From an uncultured Verrucomicrobiae bacterium (GTDB lineage Bacteria > Verrucomicrobiota > Verrucomicrobiia > Chthoniobacterales > UBA10450): a stretch of DNA of 64,000 nucleotides. The stretch spans positions 1,702,990 to 1,766,989 of the forward strand of contig CAWJXB010000006.1 of the NCBI GenBank assembly GCA_963846775.1. The letters are read 5' to 3'. Positions 17,735 to 27,972 of this stretch are shown here, piece by piece (within the stretch, counting starts at the first letter, position 1; the number at the start of each line of letters is the position of its first letter). A program made the position numbers and the translations under genes. The notes below the pieces were generated by a model that saw only the letters and a program-made list of their open reading frames with translations, was not told the origin of the DNA and did no database searches.

Positions 17735-18139
17735 TTAGTAATCCCGGCAATACGGATATTTCGTTTCGAACCCAAGCTCAGGCGGAAATTCCGAGTAGCC
17801 AGCGTGAATGTACGGAACCTGGGGTGGCAGCATCGGATAATAACTCTCACGCCATACCGGAGCGGGAAACGTCAGAATTTCAATCAGACCGGCGATGTGC
17901 CTCGTCGCGGATCGTCCCACCCCGCGCACCACGCCGTAACCTGCCGCCGCGGCGTTTCCTTCCTTCGTGTTGATCGTGGTCACGGTCACAAAAACTTCCG
18001 CCGGGGCGAAAAGGAAATTGACCAGCCCGCGTCCGAGTTTTCGGGTCCGGCCATAATCGTTCGATGGCGGATCTTGAATATCGGCCAGAGCGGTGCTGGC
18101 TAGGCCGGCAATGAGAGCGAGGAGCGTGAGCTTTTTCAT
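17735..18139 (-). CDS. secreted hypothetical protein (signal peptide)
   Basis: 134 aa with a clear N-terminal signal peptide (MKKLTLLALIAGLASTALA). Family not recognised. Possibly an exosortase-associated small secreted protein (low confidence). Confidence 0.5.
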   Translation of the reverse strand: MKKLTLLALIAGLASTALADIQDPPSNDYGRTRKLGRGLVNFLFAPAEVFVTVTTINTKEGNAAAAGYGVVRGVGRSATRHIAGLIEILTFPAPVWRESYYPMLPPQVPYIHAGYSEFPPELGFETKYPYCRDY

Positions 18140-18238
18140 AGGAAACCTCCCACGAACAGATAAACAATTTTCGGCGCCAGACGCAATGGTTTTGATTTGC
18201 CGAGTCTTTCGACAGAGTCGCAGACGCCGGGGTAGCGC

Positions 18239-18643
18239 TTATTCCCGCACGATCGGGTTTTCGCGGCAGCAGATCTCCAGCTTGTTGCCGTCAAGATCCT
18301 CGAAGAAGAACGCGTAATACCCTGGGCTGTAACCTTGGCAGATTTCCGGACCTTCCAGCGTTCGGCCACCGATTTCGCGCACGAGTTGGGCGATGCGATC
18401 GACTTCGTCGCGCGTGTCGGCCCAAAAGGCGATGCGCGTCCCGTTCGGTTGATGCTGTCGATCTTCGGTGAAACCGAAGAAGTCCGACGGCTTATCCGGA
18501 CCGACCGAGTAAAACGTTGCCCACGTGTCATCCGAACGGTCGCAGGTGAAACCGAGCGCGGGCAGGAGCTTTTCGTAAAACCGCATCGCGCGCTGAAAAT
18601 CCTTTACTCGCAGATCGATGTGATCGAGGCGTCGCGTTTTCAT
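18239..18643 (-). CDS. VOC-family (glyoxalase/bleomycin-resistance fold) protein
   Basis: HIDLRV...FY paired beta-alpha-beta-beta-beta module. Start at the internal ATG (MKTRRLDHIDL), which overlaps the upstream gene by 4 bp. Confidence 0.65.
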   Translation of the reverse strand: MKTRRLDHIDLRVKDFQRAMRFYEKLLPALGFTCDRSDDTWATFYSVGPDKPSDFFGFTEDRQHQPNGTRIAFWADTRDEVDRIAQLVREIGGRTLEGPEICQGYSPGYYAFFFEDLDGNKLEICCRENPIVRE

Positions 18644-19056
18644 TTGCCTGATTTTCGATTGCTTCGCCGAATCATCAACTTTAGTCCCGACCACGTTTCA
18701 TCGACCGCGCAGACCTTTATATCCACCAGTCCGAGCGGCAATGCGACATGGCGGATCACGTTCTCGGTCATATCGGTCGGGATTCCCGCAGATTTCTTCG
18801 GCCACGAGATCCAAAGCGCAGCATCGTCCGCGATGGTTCCGCTGAGCCATGGCAGATGTTTCTCCAAAACGCGTCGTTCTTTGACAAACAAATGAACGAA
18901 TTTCGTTTTTCCGACCGGACGCGTCGCAAAATTTACTCCGCTGGGAATCGGCTCGAGCAGCTTCCGGTAATTATCGGGAGGATCAATCGCAACCACTATC
19001 ATTCCCGGCTTGATTCCCAGCTTCTGCGCAAGCGGCGTTTTTGAATAACCAGCCAT
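18640..19056 (-). CDS. DUF3052-domain protein
   Basis: N-terminus MAGYSKTPLAQKLGIKPG is the conserved start of the DUF3052 family, 138 aa. Confidence 0.55.
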   Translation of the reverse strand: MAGYSKTPLAQKLGIKPGMIVVAIDPPDNYRKLLEPIPSGVNFATRPVGKTKFVHLFVKERRVLEKHLPWLSGTIADDAALWISWPKKSAGIPTDMTENVIRHVALPLGLVDIKVCAVDETWSGLKLMIRRSNRKSGK

Positions 19057-19150
19057 TAGCGAAGTGTTTTACCGAGCGCAGGTGCCTTGGCAAGAAACCC
19101 GGCGCGCCTGATGGATTACCGGAAAAATTCTGGTTGCGTCCGGAAACTAT

Positions 19151-19181
19151 ATATACCACATTAGTTTCCTAAGTGGCATAT
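19151..19181. promoter_or_regulatory. putative TetR operator (imperfect palindrome) overlapping AT-rich -10-like region upstream of the TetR/efflux operon
   Basis: ATATACCAC-attagtttcctaa-GTGGCATAT; arms match 8 of 9 positions as inverted repeats. 47 bp upstream of the TetR start. Confidence 0.45.
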
Positions 19182-19227
19182 CCTTCAAGGGACTCGACAC
19201 CGATTACGAGGCTGGGAGGAACAAGAC

Positions 19228-19854
19228 ATGAGCCGCGCAAACAAATCACAACCGCGTAAGCGAGCCAATGATTCGATTCATCGGCGAATTGTCGACGCGG
19301 CGAGGTTGCACTTTTTCAGTCATGGATTCCGCAGCGTGACCATGGACGATCTGGCGGGCGAACTGGGAATCAGCAAGAAAACGCTCTACACGTATTTTCC
19401 CGGCAAGATCGAACTGCTCGAGGCCGTGTTGGCCGATAAATTCGCCGGCGTCGAAGCCAGACTGAAGGACGCTGCATGCGCGCATCGGCATAATTTCCTG
19501 GCGACTTTGCACGAATTACTGGCCGGGACCCAACGCGAACTGGACGAGATCAAGCCGCCATTCATGCGCGACATGCGTCAGAAGGCGCCGCAGGTATTCA
19601 AAGTGGTCGAGCGCCGCCGGGCTGCGTTGATTCAGCGTTACTTCGGAAACCTTTTCGTCGAAGGGCAGCGATCCGGAATGGTCCGCAAAGATGTTCCGGT
19701 CAAACTGATCATCGAAATTCTGCTAGCGATTGTTCAGGCGATCATGAATCCGCCTAAGATGGAAGAGCTCGGGATGATGCCGAGGGAAGGCTTCGCCGGA
19801 ATTCTCAAGATTGTTCTCGAAGGCGCGCTGACGTCGAAGGGGCGAAAGGAATGA
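19228..19854 (+). CDS. TetR/AcrR-family transcriptional regulator (CecR/YbiH-like by context)
   Basis: N-terminal TetR HTH (RRIVDAARLHFFSHGFRSVTMDDLAGELGISKKTLYTYF). Sits directly upstream of the HlyD/ABC/ABC-2 genes with a 4-bp overlap. Confidence 0.85.
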   Translation: MSRANKSQPRKRANDSIHRRIVDAARLHFFSHGFRSVTMDDLAGELGISKKTLYTYFPGKIELLEAVLADKFAGVEARLKDAACAHRHNFLATLHELLAGTQRELDEIKPPFMRDMRQKAPQVFKVVERRRAALIQRYFGNLFVEGQRSGMVRKDVPVKLIIEILLAIVQAIMNPPKMEELGMMPREGFAGILKIVLEGALTSKGRKE

Positions 19855-20723
19855 ACGCATTGTTTGCTAGCCACGCACGACCACTGCTCCGCGCGGCGGT
19901 CGTTTTGGCATTACTTCTCATTCTGGCTGGTTGTCGCGCTCGAAAAAACACCGTTTCAGGAACAATTGAAGTGGATGAAGTCCACGTCGGCCCGCGTTCG
20001 GGCGGGCGAGTCGAGAAGATTTTCGCGTGGGAAGGAGACAAACTACGGGCCGGCCAGCCGATCGTACAACTCGAAGCGACGGAATTGAAAGCGCGGCGCG
20101 ATCTGGCCCAGGCCCAGATCGACACGGCCATTCACGATGCCGATGCGCAGCAGGCGCAACTCGATTTTTTGCGTGACGACGCGAAGCGGCAGCAGGACTT
20201 GCTCAAACGCAAAGTCGTTTCGCCTAACGATACTGAGCGCGCGGTCAGCGCGGCCCGAGCGCAGCAAAAGAATGTCGAGGCCGCACGAATGCGTGTGACC
20301 CAAGCGCGGGCACAATTGGCCGATGTCGACGCGCAGTTGGCCGAGATGCAAGTGATTGCGCCCGAGGATTCAGTCCTGGAAGTCTTGAGCGTGAAAGTGG
20401 GCGACGTCCTTCCGGCCAATCGCGAAGTCGCAACCCTGCTGCTGACCCGACATCTGTGGGTGCGCGTCTACGTTCCCGAAACCTGGCTCGGTTTGATCAA
20501 GGTGAGAGAAGAGGTCCGTGTCCAAGTCGATTCGTTTCCGCATGTCGATTTTCCCGGCAAGGTTGAGCAGATCAATCGCCAGGCCGAGTTCACGCCGCGG
20601 AACGTGCAAACCGTCGGCGACCGTATCAAACAAGTCTTTGGCGTGAAAGTTCGGCTGCCTAACAATGATGATCGCCTCCGCGCCGGCATGGCCGCGGATG
20701 TGTATTTCCCGAACGTGGATTGA
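19851..20723 (+). CDS. HlyD-family secretion protein (YbhG-like periplasmic adaptor)
   Basis: N-terminal TM/lipoprotein-like anchor, coiled-coil region, beta-barrel C-terminus, 290 aa. Confidence 0.8.
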   Translation: MNALFASHARPLLRAAVVLALLLILAGCRARKNTVSGTIEVDEVHVGPRSGGRVEKIFAWEGDKLRAGQPIVQLEATELKARRDLAQAQIDTAIHDADAQQAQLDFLRDDAKRQQDLLKRKVVSPNDTERAVSAARAQQKNVEAARMRVTQARAQLADVDAQLAEMQVIAPEDSVLEVLSVKVGDVLPANREVATLLLTRHLWVRVYVPETWLGLIKVREEVRVQVDSFPHVDFPGKVEQINRQAEFTPRNVQTVGDRIKQVFGVKVRLPNNDDRLRAGMAADVYFPNVD

Positions 20724-20737
20724 CCGGAACGAACAAA

Positions 20738-21718
20738 ATGGAAACGAACGGACACGCCGGCGCGATGATCGAAATCGATGGGCTGACGAAACGTTTTGGG
20801 ACGTTCACCGCTGTCGATCACGTTTCGTTTTCGGTCCGGAAAGGTTCCATCTTTGGGTTTCTCGGGCCGAATGGGTCGGGCAAAACGACGCTGATTCGCA
20901 TGCTTTGCGGCATTCTTGAGCCGAGTGATGGCACCGCGCGGATCGGCGGACACGACATCATCAAAGAAGGCGGCGCGATCAAGGAGATGATTGGATACAT
21001 GTCGCAACAATTTTCGCTCTACGACGAATTGACCACGAACGAAAATCTGACCTTCGCCGGACGGCTCTACGGTGTGCGCGGCCGCGAGTTGGAAAAACGA
21101 CGCGGCGAAATGATCGAGATAGCACATTTGAATAATTACGTCGACCGGCGCGCGTCTCAGCTCTCCGGTGGTTTGCGGCAGCGGCTCGCCATGGCCTGCT
21201 CACTCATGCACAGACCGACGGTGCTTTTTCTGGATGAGCCGACTGCAGGTATCGACCCCGTGGCGCGGCGCGAGCTGTGGGACCTGCTTTTCCAATTCGC
21301 CGCCGGCGGCATGACGCTTTTCGTCACCACGCATTACATGGATGAAGCCGAACGCTGCGATCATGTCGGCTATATTTACATGTCGAAGTTGATCGTGTGC
21401 GGCGAGCCGGACGACCTGAAGAAAATGGAAGAAGTGAATCCGCCGGGCACGCGCCGGCTCGATGTCACCTGCGATCACGTGACAACAGCTCTGCAAGCAA
21501 TGCGCCAGATGGAGGGAGTCCACGGCGCGACAGTCTTCGGTCAATCGATGCACCTGCTTGTCAATGAAGATGTCTCGCACGCTCAGATTGAGGAAAAACT
21601 GCGGAGTGTTGGGATTAGCCACGCCGAGGTCCATGAGATCGGACCGTCGCTCGAGGATGTTTTCGTGACGTTGAGTGCGAAGCGCTCCGAAAGCGCGAAA
21701 GAAAGGAAGGCCGCATGA
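20738..21718 (+). CDS. ABC transporter ATP-binding protein (ABC-2 type)
   Basis: Walker A (GPNGSGKTT), ABC signature LSGGLRQR, Walker B (LFLDEPT). Confidence 0.9.
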   Translation: METNGHAGAMIEIDGLTKRFGTFTAVDHVSFSVRKGSIFGFLGPNGSGKTTLIRMLCGILEPSDGTARIGGHDIIKEGGAIKEMIGYMSQQFSLYDELTTNENLTFAGRLYGVRGRELEKRRGEMIEIAHLNNYVDRRASQLSGGLRQRLAMACSLMHRPTVLFLDEPTAGIDPVARRELWDLLFQFAAGGMTLFVTTHYMDEAERCDHVGYIYMSKLIVCGEPDDLKKMEEVNPPGTRRLDVTCDHVTTALQAMRQMEGVHGATVFGQSMHLLVNEDVSHAQIEEKLRSVGISHAEVHEIGPSLEDVFVTLSAKRSESAKERKAA

Positions 21719-22836
21719 AAAACTTGTTTCGAGGTTTTCGCGCGATTCTCTACAAGGAATTCATTGTCGTCTTTCGCGACCGCACCGCGCTGTTTTTCAT
21801 GTTTTTTCCGCCCCTCGTGCAGATTATCGCCTTTGGGTTTGCGCTTGATCTCGATGTGAAACACATGCCGACGGCGCTGTTAAACCAGGACCGGACATTC
21901 GAGAGCCGGCAATTGATCGACGGGTTCGTTAACACCGACACGTTTCGCATCGTAAAAGTGGTCGGCAGCCCGGAGGAACTGGCTGCGACCATCCGGCGTG
22001 GCGAAGCTTATCTGGGCATCGAAATTCCGCCGAATTTTGCTCGTGATTTGCGTGCCCGCCAGACCGCCTACGTCCAGGTGTTGATCGATGGTTCGAGCTC
22101 GACCACTGCGCTGCAAGCGCTGAATACCGGAATCGGCGTGACGTTCAACAACTCGCTCAAGCAGCTCGTGCAAGAATCCGGACGCAGCGGCATCCCGATC
22201 GAAATCCGGCCTCAAGTGCTCTACAATCCCGCGCTCAAGAGCCCGAACTTCTTTGTGCCGGGCGTGATCGGCATTGCGTTACAACTAGCCACCGTTTTTT
22301 CCACCGCGCTCTCGCTGGTGCGCGAACGCGAGCGCGGCACGCTCGAGCAATTGCTCGTTAGTCCGCTCTCGCGCTGGGGATTGATGCTCGGCAAGATCGT
22401 GCCCTACCTCTGCATCGCAATGACAATGGCCGCGATCCTGTTCGCCATCCTGCGCTGGATTTTTTTCGTCCCGATCCAGGGCAGCGTGATCGCGCTATTT
22501 ATCTCGGCGTTCTTTTACATTTTCACGCTGCTTAGCCTTGGCCTGCTAATTTCAACAAAAGCGCAAACGCAAATGGAGGCTTTCCAACTGGCGCTCGTGT
22601 TCCTGCTGCCGGGCGTCTTTTTCTCAGGTTTCATTTTTCCGCGCGAAACGATGCCGTGGATTTTCTCCGCTCTCGGTGCGTGCATGCCGGTCACGTATTT
22701 CATCAAATTGATGCGGGCCATCATCCTGCGCGGCGCGAGTTTCGCCGAGTTCTGGACATCGCTGGCAGTGCTCGCTGCGATGGGCGCGGCGCTTTTTTCG
22801 CTCTGCGCGGTGCGGTTCCGGAACAAACTCGGATGA
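21715..22836 (+). CDS. ABC-2 family transporter permease (YbhS/YbhR-like)
   Basis: 373 aa. N-terminal TM, large periplasmic loop, then 5 TM helices; typical ABC-2 permease topology. 4-bp overlap with the ATPase gene. Confidence 0.8.
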   Translation: MKNLFRGFRAILYKEFIVVFRDRTALFFMFFPPLVQIIAFGFALDLDVKHMPTALLNQDRTFESRQLIDGFVNTDTFRIVKVVGSPEELAATIRRGEAYLGIEIPPNFARDLRARQTAYVQVLIDGSSSTTALQALNTGIGVTFNNSLKQLVQESGRSGIPIEIRPQVLYNPALKSPNFFVPGVIGIALQLATVFSTALSLVRERERGTLEQLLVSPLSRWGLMLGKIVPYLCIAMTMAAILFAILRWIFFVPIQGSVIALFISAFFYIFTLLSLGLLISTKAQTQMEAFQLALVFLLPGVFFSGFIFPRETMPWIFSALGACMPVTYFIKLMRAIILRGASFAEFWTSLAVLAAMGAALFSLCAVRFRNKLG

Positions 22837-22976
22837 CGAAACGCGTTCTGCGTTTTGCGTTAGTCGTTAGCGGATTGGAGAAAGTGATCGCGAAGGTCGC
22901 AGATGGAAATGGATTGTAGGGCAGGGCGCTCCGCCGGCCACGGCAGCCGACGCGGTTAGCCTACGAATTTGCTCCG

Positions 22977-23573
22977 TTAGCCCGTCACATCGCCGGTCAA
23001 GAATCGTCGCACGCCGAGTGCCCAGATCAGTAGCGTGATGAGCAAATACCAGGCAAAGAAGCGATCGTAACCGCGTCGGCGCGCGATCAAGCCTCCGCTG
23101 GCGATGAGCGCATAATGGCTCGCGTAAGGGAGATACCAGATGGGATGGAACAGCTCGCCGCGGATGCCCGTCTGGGTGATGTCGAGCAGGCACATCAGAA
23201 TGAAGGTCGAATAAAAGCCGACGCGGTTTCGCTCGAAGCGGGCCTGATGCTCTTCCTCTTCGGAAAGGTCGGGCGGATATAGAAAAACCGTTAACAGATA
23301 GAGTGTGATTGTCCAGACGATGAGGACAAGAAATTCATCAAAACTCCACTTCAGATCGGTATTCCATTTAAATGTGACCCACCATTGTAGAACGAGAAGT
23401 AACAGCGTCGCGGCGGTGAGGACGATACGGACTTCGTCCATCGGATTTTTCTCGCGCCGGTAAAATGCGCGCCCGGCGCCAGCCAGCAAATTCGTTACGC
23501 CAAGGCCGACTACGATCGACATCAGCGTGACGATGAACTCGAAACTGCTCATCAAGTTCGATGCGTTTTGCAT
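22977..23573 (-). CDS. hypothetical integral membrane protein
   Basis: 198 aa with about 5 hydrophobic helices; no recognisable family. Confidence 0.45.
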   Translation of the reverse strand: MQNASNLMSSFEFIVTLMSIVVGLGVTNLLAGAGRAFYRREKNPMDEVRIVLTAATLLLLVLQWWVTFKWNTDLKWSFDEFLVLIVWTITLYLLTVFLYPPDLSEEEEHQARFERNRVGFYSTFILMCLLDITQTGIRGELFHPIWYLPYASHYALIASGGLIARRRGYDRFFAWYLLITLLIWALGVRRFLTGDVTG

Positions 23574-23633
23574 GGCGCGACCAACCTAGCGCAACCGCAC
23601 GCAGAAGATCGAGCGACAAATGGCAGCTCGCGC

Positions 23634-23722
23634 GGGTGGCGAAGGATTGGGTAGCGCACGCGTCTCGCGTGCTGATGCCAGTCCGGCTCGGACTTTCGGC
23701 GTCGCGCCGAAACACGCTTTCC
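23634..23722. repeat. partial (half) copy of the MITE-like structured repeat, copy B
   Basis: gcgcacgcgtctcgcgtgctgatgccagtccggctcggactttcggcgtcgcgccgaaac matches the reverse complement of 14200-14265. Confidence 0.65.
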
Positions 23723-23939
23723 TTTGGCACCCTCTGCAGCGAGAAATGAAATCTCAGTTCTTCGAGACTCGAACAGTTATTTGAGCGACCAGGCCGACTG
23801 TACCGGGTGGGGTAGCGCCGCTCGGTCAGGTCGCATTAGCAGGCAGGAGTCACAGTGCAGTAAAATGGATCAAACAGAGCCTGGCCCGGTGCAGAGCATC
23901 TGCGAAGCCAGTGGCGGAGCGCCGCGATGGCGCAAAATC

Positions 23940-25043
23940 TCAGCTCTCCCGTTCGCCGCGGATAAATTGCTCGACGCAGCGATAGGCTTCGTCGTCAGTC
24001 ATTTGCACGGGAGGATGCTTCGAGAAAAAGGCGGAGGGAGAATGCAGGACGCCGCCGATGCCGCGGTCGAGCGCGAGTTTACAACACCGGATCGAGTCGA
24101 TGGCGATGCCGGCGGAATTCGGTGAATCTTCGACGGAAAGCTTCACGTCGATCTCCATCGGCACGTTGCCGAAGAGACGACCTTCGACTCGGATAAACGC
24201 GATCTTGTTGTCGAGCTGCCAGGGAACGTAATCGCTCGGGCCGATATGAATATTTTCATCGGCCAGCCGCTCGCCGATGACCGATTGCACCGCCTCGGTC
24301 TTGGAGGTTTTCTTCGAGGCGAGTCGGGTACGATTGAGCATATTGAGGAAATCGGTGTTGCCGCCGGTGTTCAATTGATACGTGCGTTCAACCTTGACGC
24401 CCCGTTTGCGGAAAAGATCGACAATCATGCGATGCAAGACCGTCGCGCCGAGCTGCGCTTTGATGTCGTCGCCGATGAGGGGCAGATTTTTCTCGGCGAA
24501 TTTTTTTGCCCAGACCGGATCGCTGGCGATGAAGACCGGGATATTGTTGACAAAGCCCATTCCAGCTTGGAGCGCGCAACTGGCATAAAACCGGGTCGCT
24601 TCTTCCGAGCCGACCGGAAGATAATTCACCAGCAGCTCGGCCGAAGAATTTTTCAGCTCGGCGATGACTTGCTCGCGGGTGGATTCTTTTTCGAGCGGCA
24701 GGAATGTGCGAAGCGGATCCTGGTCGCGCATGTGCGGCGCATAACTATCGAGGACACAGCCCATCTTCACGATTGCGCCGGTAAGCTTGATTTTTTCGCA
24801 GAAAATTTTCGTGCAATTCGGCGGGGAGAAGATGGCCTTGCTGACATCGAGGCCGACCTTGCGGCGGTCGATGTCGAATGCGGCCACGACTTCGATGTCG
24901 TTCGGGTGATACGGACCAATCTGGCGATGCATCAGACCGACGCTGGTGCCATTGGGAGAGGCACCGTTGTAAAAGTTGATTCCTTGGACAAGTGAGCTGG
25001 CGCAGTTGCCGACGCCAACGATTGCGATTCGAATTTTTCTCAT
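23940..25043 (-). CDS. ino1: myo-inositol-1-phosphate synthase (inositol-3-phosphate synthase, archaeal/bacterial type)
   Basis: 367 aa. N-terminal NAD-binding IAIVGVGNCASSLVQG and conserved MIPS core motifs. Confidence 0.85.
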   Translation of the reverse strand: MRKIRIAIVGVGNCASSLVQGINFYNGASPNGTSVGLMHRQIGPYHPNDIEVVAAFDIDRRKVGLDVSKAIFSPPNCTKIFCEKIKLTGAIVKMGCVLDSYAPHMRDQDPLRTFLPLEKESTREQVIAELKNSSAELLVNYLPVGSEEATRFYASCALQAGMGFVNNIPVFIASDPVWAKKFAEKNLPLIGDDIKAQLGATVLHRMIVDLFRKRGVKVERTYQLNTGGNTDFLNMLNRTRLASKKTSKTEAVQSVIGERLADENIHIGPSDYVPWQLDNKIAFIRVEGRLFGNVPMEIDVKLSVEDSPNSAGIAIDSIRCCKLALDRGIGGVLHSPSAFFSKHPPVQMTDDEAYRCVEQFIRGERES

Positions 25044-25243
25044 TCGGGGTTGATAAAACTTTTAAGCTAGCCGCAGACTTACGGGAAAGACAAGGTGCAA
25101 GTTACGGCAAGCTCATGGGGTTAGCTGCTAAAAAGTGCGGGATTTTGCACCGACTCGCGCCGGCTTGCAAGAACTGTTATAACTAGAAACGCGAGAGGGA
25201 TTCTTATTGAACATGGAGGCCCTCGCGAGGAGATACACGAAAA

Positions 25244-26629
25244 ATGCGTCTAAAGACATCTGCGGGCCTGCTCCTTTTGGCATCGGTCCTGGCCGTCGCA
25301 GCACGAGCCGCCAAGCCGACCTACGACATCGATCAGGCAGTCGCGCTGGCCCAGGGGCAGAACCCGGAAATCATCATCGCGCGAAAACAAGTCGAGGCGG
25401 CACGCGGCGATCTGCTCTCGGCGCGTTCGGGATATTTGCCATCGGTGGTCTCGACCGGTTTGCTCGATAAACGGCAGTATCAAGAGCAAACAAATCTGCG
25501 CAAAGAGGATTACAATGCATCGGTAAAATTGTTGCAGAATGTTTATACCGGTGGCGCGGTCGCGAGTCAGTTAGCGATCGCGCGATTGAACGTCGAAAAA
25601 CAGGAGTATGAGCTTCAGGAAGTCGTCAACCGGGTCGCGATGGAGGTCCGGATCGCGTTCAACGAATTGTTGCTCAACCGAGCGAAAGTTCGCGTCCATG
25701 AAGATTCCGTTCGCGTTTTGGAAGAGGAGCTCAAATCCCAGGAGGAGCGACTCAGCGCCGGGATTGTAGGGACACTCAACGTCCAGCGTGCGCAAGTCGC
25801 GTTGGCGAATGAACGCCCCGAACTTTACAATGCGCAGACGCAATTAAAGAACTCATATCTGCGGCTCGGCGAAGTGTGCGGGATTGCGTTCGAGCCGGCC
25901 GCGGAGGAAGCGCCGTTTGAGATTGCCGGGGAACTGCAAGTGCATTCGCCTCAACCCGATTTGATCGAATGCCTCGCCCGGGCGGACGCCAACCGCGGCG
26001 TGATCAAAGAGCGCGAGAACGATATCACAATCCAGGATCGACAATACACGCTCGACCAGAGCGAGCTGCGCCCGCAGGTGCAATTTTTCTCCGGTTACGA
26101 AGCCTACAGCGAGAGGGATCCGGCGGTTGGCCCGGAGTTCAACCACGGCTATCTCGTCGGCGTAACTGCGAACTGGCACGTGTTTGACGGATTTGCGACA
26201 AAAGGAAAACTTCAGGCCACCCGCGCCCGCCGCGAGGCGGCCGCTCAAGCTCTCGATGCGGCCCGGCGTTCCGTGGCGGCCGAAGTTCGGAGCGCGTTTT
26301 TCGATTTCGATCAAGCGGCGCGAGTGCTCGAGACGGAAATCAAAAACGGGCAGATTGCGGATGAATCTTTGGAAATCGCCAAGAGCAACTTCGCGGCCGG
26401 TCTGGGCACGCAACTCGACATTTTACAGGCTGCGACCGACGTGACCCGCACGCGCACGACACGGCTGACTGCGATTTATTTGCACAATGTAGCCTTGGCA
26501 CGATTGGCCCAGGCGTGCGGCGGATCACTCGAAACGCTTGCTTTTAATCCGCAGGCCAAAAACGAGCCGAAAAACGAACAGCGCGTTTCGGACATTCCTC
26601 AGCCACCGAAGAAACGAACGAATCGATGA
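25244..26629 (+). CDS. TolC-family outer-membrane efflux protein (paralog 1)
   Basis: Signal peptide and two repeated alpha-helical/beta-barrel halves typical of outer membrane factors, 461 aa. Confidence 0.8.
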   Translation: MRLKTSAGLLLLASVLAVAARAAKPTYDIDQAVALAQGQNPEIIIARKQVEAARGDLLSARSGYLPSVVSTGLLDKRQYQEQTNLRKEDYNASVKLLQNVYTGGAVASQLAIARLNVEKQEYELQEVVNRVAMEVRIAFNELLLNRAKVRVHEDSVRVLEEELKSQEERLSAGIVGTLNVQRAQVALANERPELYNAQTQLKNSYLRLGEVCGIAFEPAAEEAPFEIAGELQVHSPQPDLIECLARADANRGVIKERENDITIQDRQYTLDQSELRPQVQFFSGYEAYSERDPAVGPEFNHGYLVGVTANWHVFDGFATKGKLQATRARREAAAQALDAARRSVAAEVRSAFFDFDQAARVLETEIKNGQIADESLEIAKSNFAAGLGTQLDILQAATDVTRTRTTRLTAIYLHNVALARLAQACGGSLETLAFNPQAKNEPKNEQRVSDIPQPPKKRTNR

Positions 26630-27972
26630 ACGGGCGAATTCAGTTTCCGAGGAGCGCAGGCCGAGGGTCTGTCGCATCCGGCGTGGTTTTTCTTCTTACA
26701 GCCTGGGGCGTTCAAACGAGTCATGCGATCACCCTGGAAGGCGTGCTCCAAACTGCTCTGGAGAAAAATCCTGCGATTTTGCAGGCGAAAGCAAATGTGG
26801 AGCAAGCCGCGGGGCGACGCCTGGTGTTTCGGTCGATCGCGTGGCCTTCCGCGCGATTGAATGTTCCAGCGGGCGTGCAGGGCGGACATCGCGCCGGGGA
26901 AAGCACGAAAGGCTTCGTTTTCGCGCAAGGATCGTTTGTGCAGCCGATTTTTAATGCCGCGATTCCATCATCATTACGACGTGGAGATGTCGATCTTCTC
27001 ATCGCCCAACAGCAATTGAACGTGGCCGTGACAGAACAACTCCATGCCGCGCGGCTGGCATTTTATTCGGCGCTCTACAATCGCGCCCTACAAACCCTGC
27101 GTGAAGAACAACGGCAACGCCTGGACGAAAACGTTGCCAGCCAAAAGCAGCGTTATGAAGCCGGGCTAACCGATCGCAGCGCGTTCGCCAGCGCGACCGT
27201 GGAAGCGCGCGAACTCGACTCGCAGGTGGAGAGCGCCGGGCGCGATTACAAACAGGCGCGACTGAATCTCGCCCTCGCGATGGGCAAGGATCCTTCGCAA
27301 AACCTGCCGGAACCGCAGGGCGAGCTCGAATTCTCGCCGCGAACTGTCGATCTTGAATCGGAGACAAAAACAGCACTCGAACGTCGACCCGATCTTCAAT
27401 TGGCGCGTGCGCTGGTCCGCGCGGCAAACGAGGACCAAAGGATTATCGAGGCTGGCTGGTACCCGCTCGCGACGGCATACGTTGCGGGGCATTACTTGCC
27501 GATCACGGGGATTCACCGTGAAGGTTCTACGAGCCGCACGAACGATTTTATTTCATCCGAAGTTCGCGCGGGCGCGAACTACACGTGGCGCGTGATCGAC
27601 ACCGGCGCCGTGACGGGTGCAGTTCGAAAAGCGCGGGCCGCACGCGAGATCAATGAGGTGGCCTTGCAGAAACTGGAAACAAACGTGGCCCGGGAACTGT
27701 TGCGAATTCACAACGATCTGGGCGCGATTGAGGCGCGGCACAAATCCCTCGGGTCCGCGGAAAACGCCGCCCAAGAGAGCACACGGACCGTCGAACAAAA
27801 TCTGGCCGGCGGCCTGGCCTCTCAGCTCGAATATCGCCTAACGCAAAACGGTTACCTCGAAACGCGGAGTGGCTTGCTTAGCGCTGCGTATTTTTACAAT
27901 GTCTCGTTGGCGGAGTGGGACCGTGCCACGGGCCGGTACTTTCAATTTTCCGAGGCAGGCGCGGGCCGTTGA
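26626..27972 (+). CDS. TolC-family outer-membrane efflux protein (paralog 2)
   Basis: Same architecture as the upstream gene, 448 aa; 4-bp ATGA overlap with paralog 1. Confidence 0.8.
   Translation: MNGRIQFPRSAGRGSVASGVVFLLTAWGVQTSHAITLEGVLQTALEKNPAILQAKANVEQAAGRRLVFRSIAWPSARLNVPAGVQGGHRAGESTKGFVFAQGSFVQPIFNAAIPSSLRRGDVDLLIAQQQLNVAVTEQLHAARLAFYSALYNRALQTLREEQRQRLDENVASQKQRYEAGLTDRSAFASATVEARELDSQVESAGRDYKQARLNLALAMGKDPSQNLPEPQGELEFSPRTVDLESETKTALERRPDLQLARALVRAANEDQRIIEAGWYPLATAYVAGHYLPITGIHREGSTSRTNDFISSEVRAGANYTWRVIDTGAVTGAVRKARAAREINEVALQKLETNVARELLRIHNDLGAIEARHKSLGSAENAAQESTRTVEQNLAGGLASQLEYRLTQNGYLETRSGLLSAAYFYNVSLAEWDRATGRYFQFSEAGAGR

Noticed and set aside
17735-18139. Assignment of the small secreted protein to a specific exosortase-associated family (TIGR04073)
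   Set aside because: Only length and signal peptide fit from memory; no motif could be verified without a profile search.
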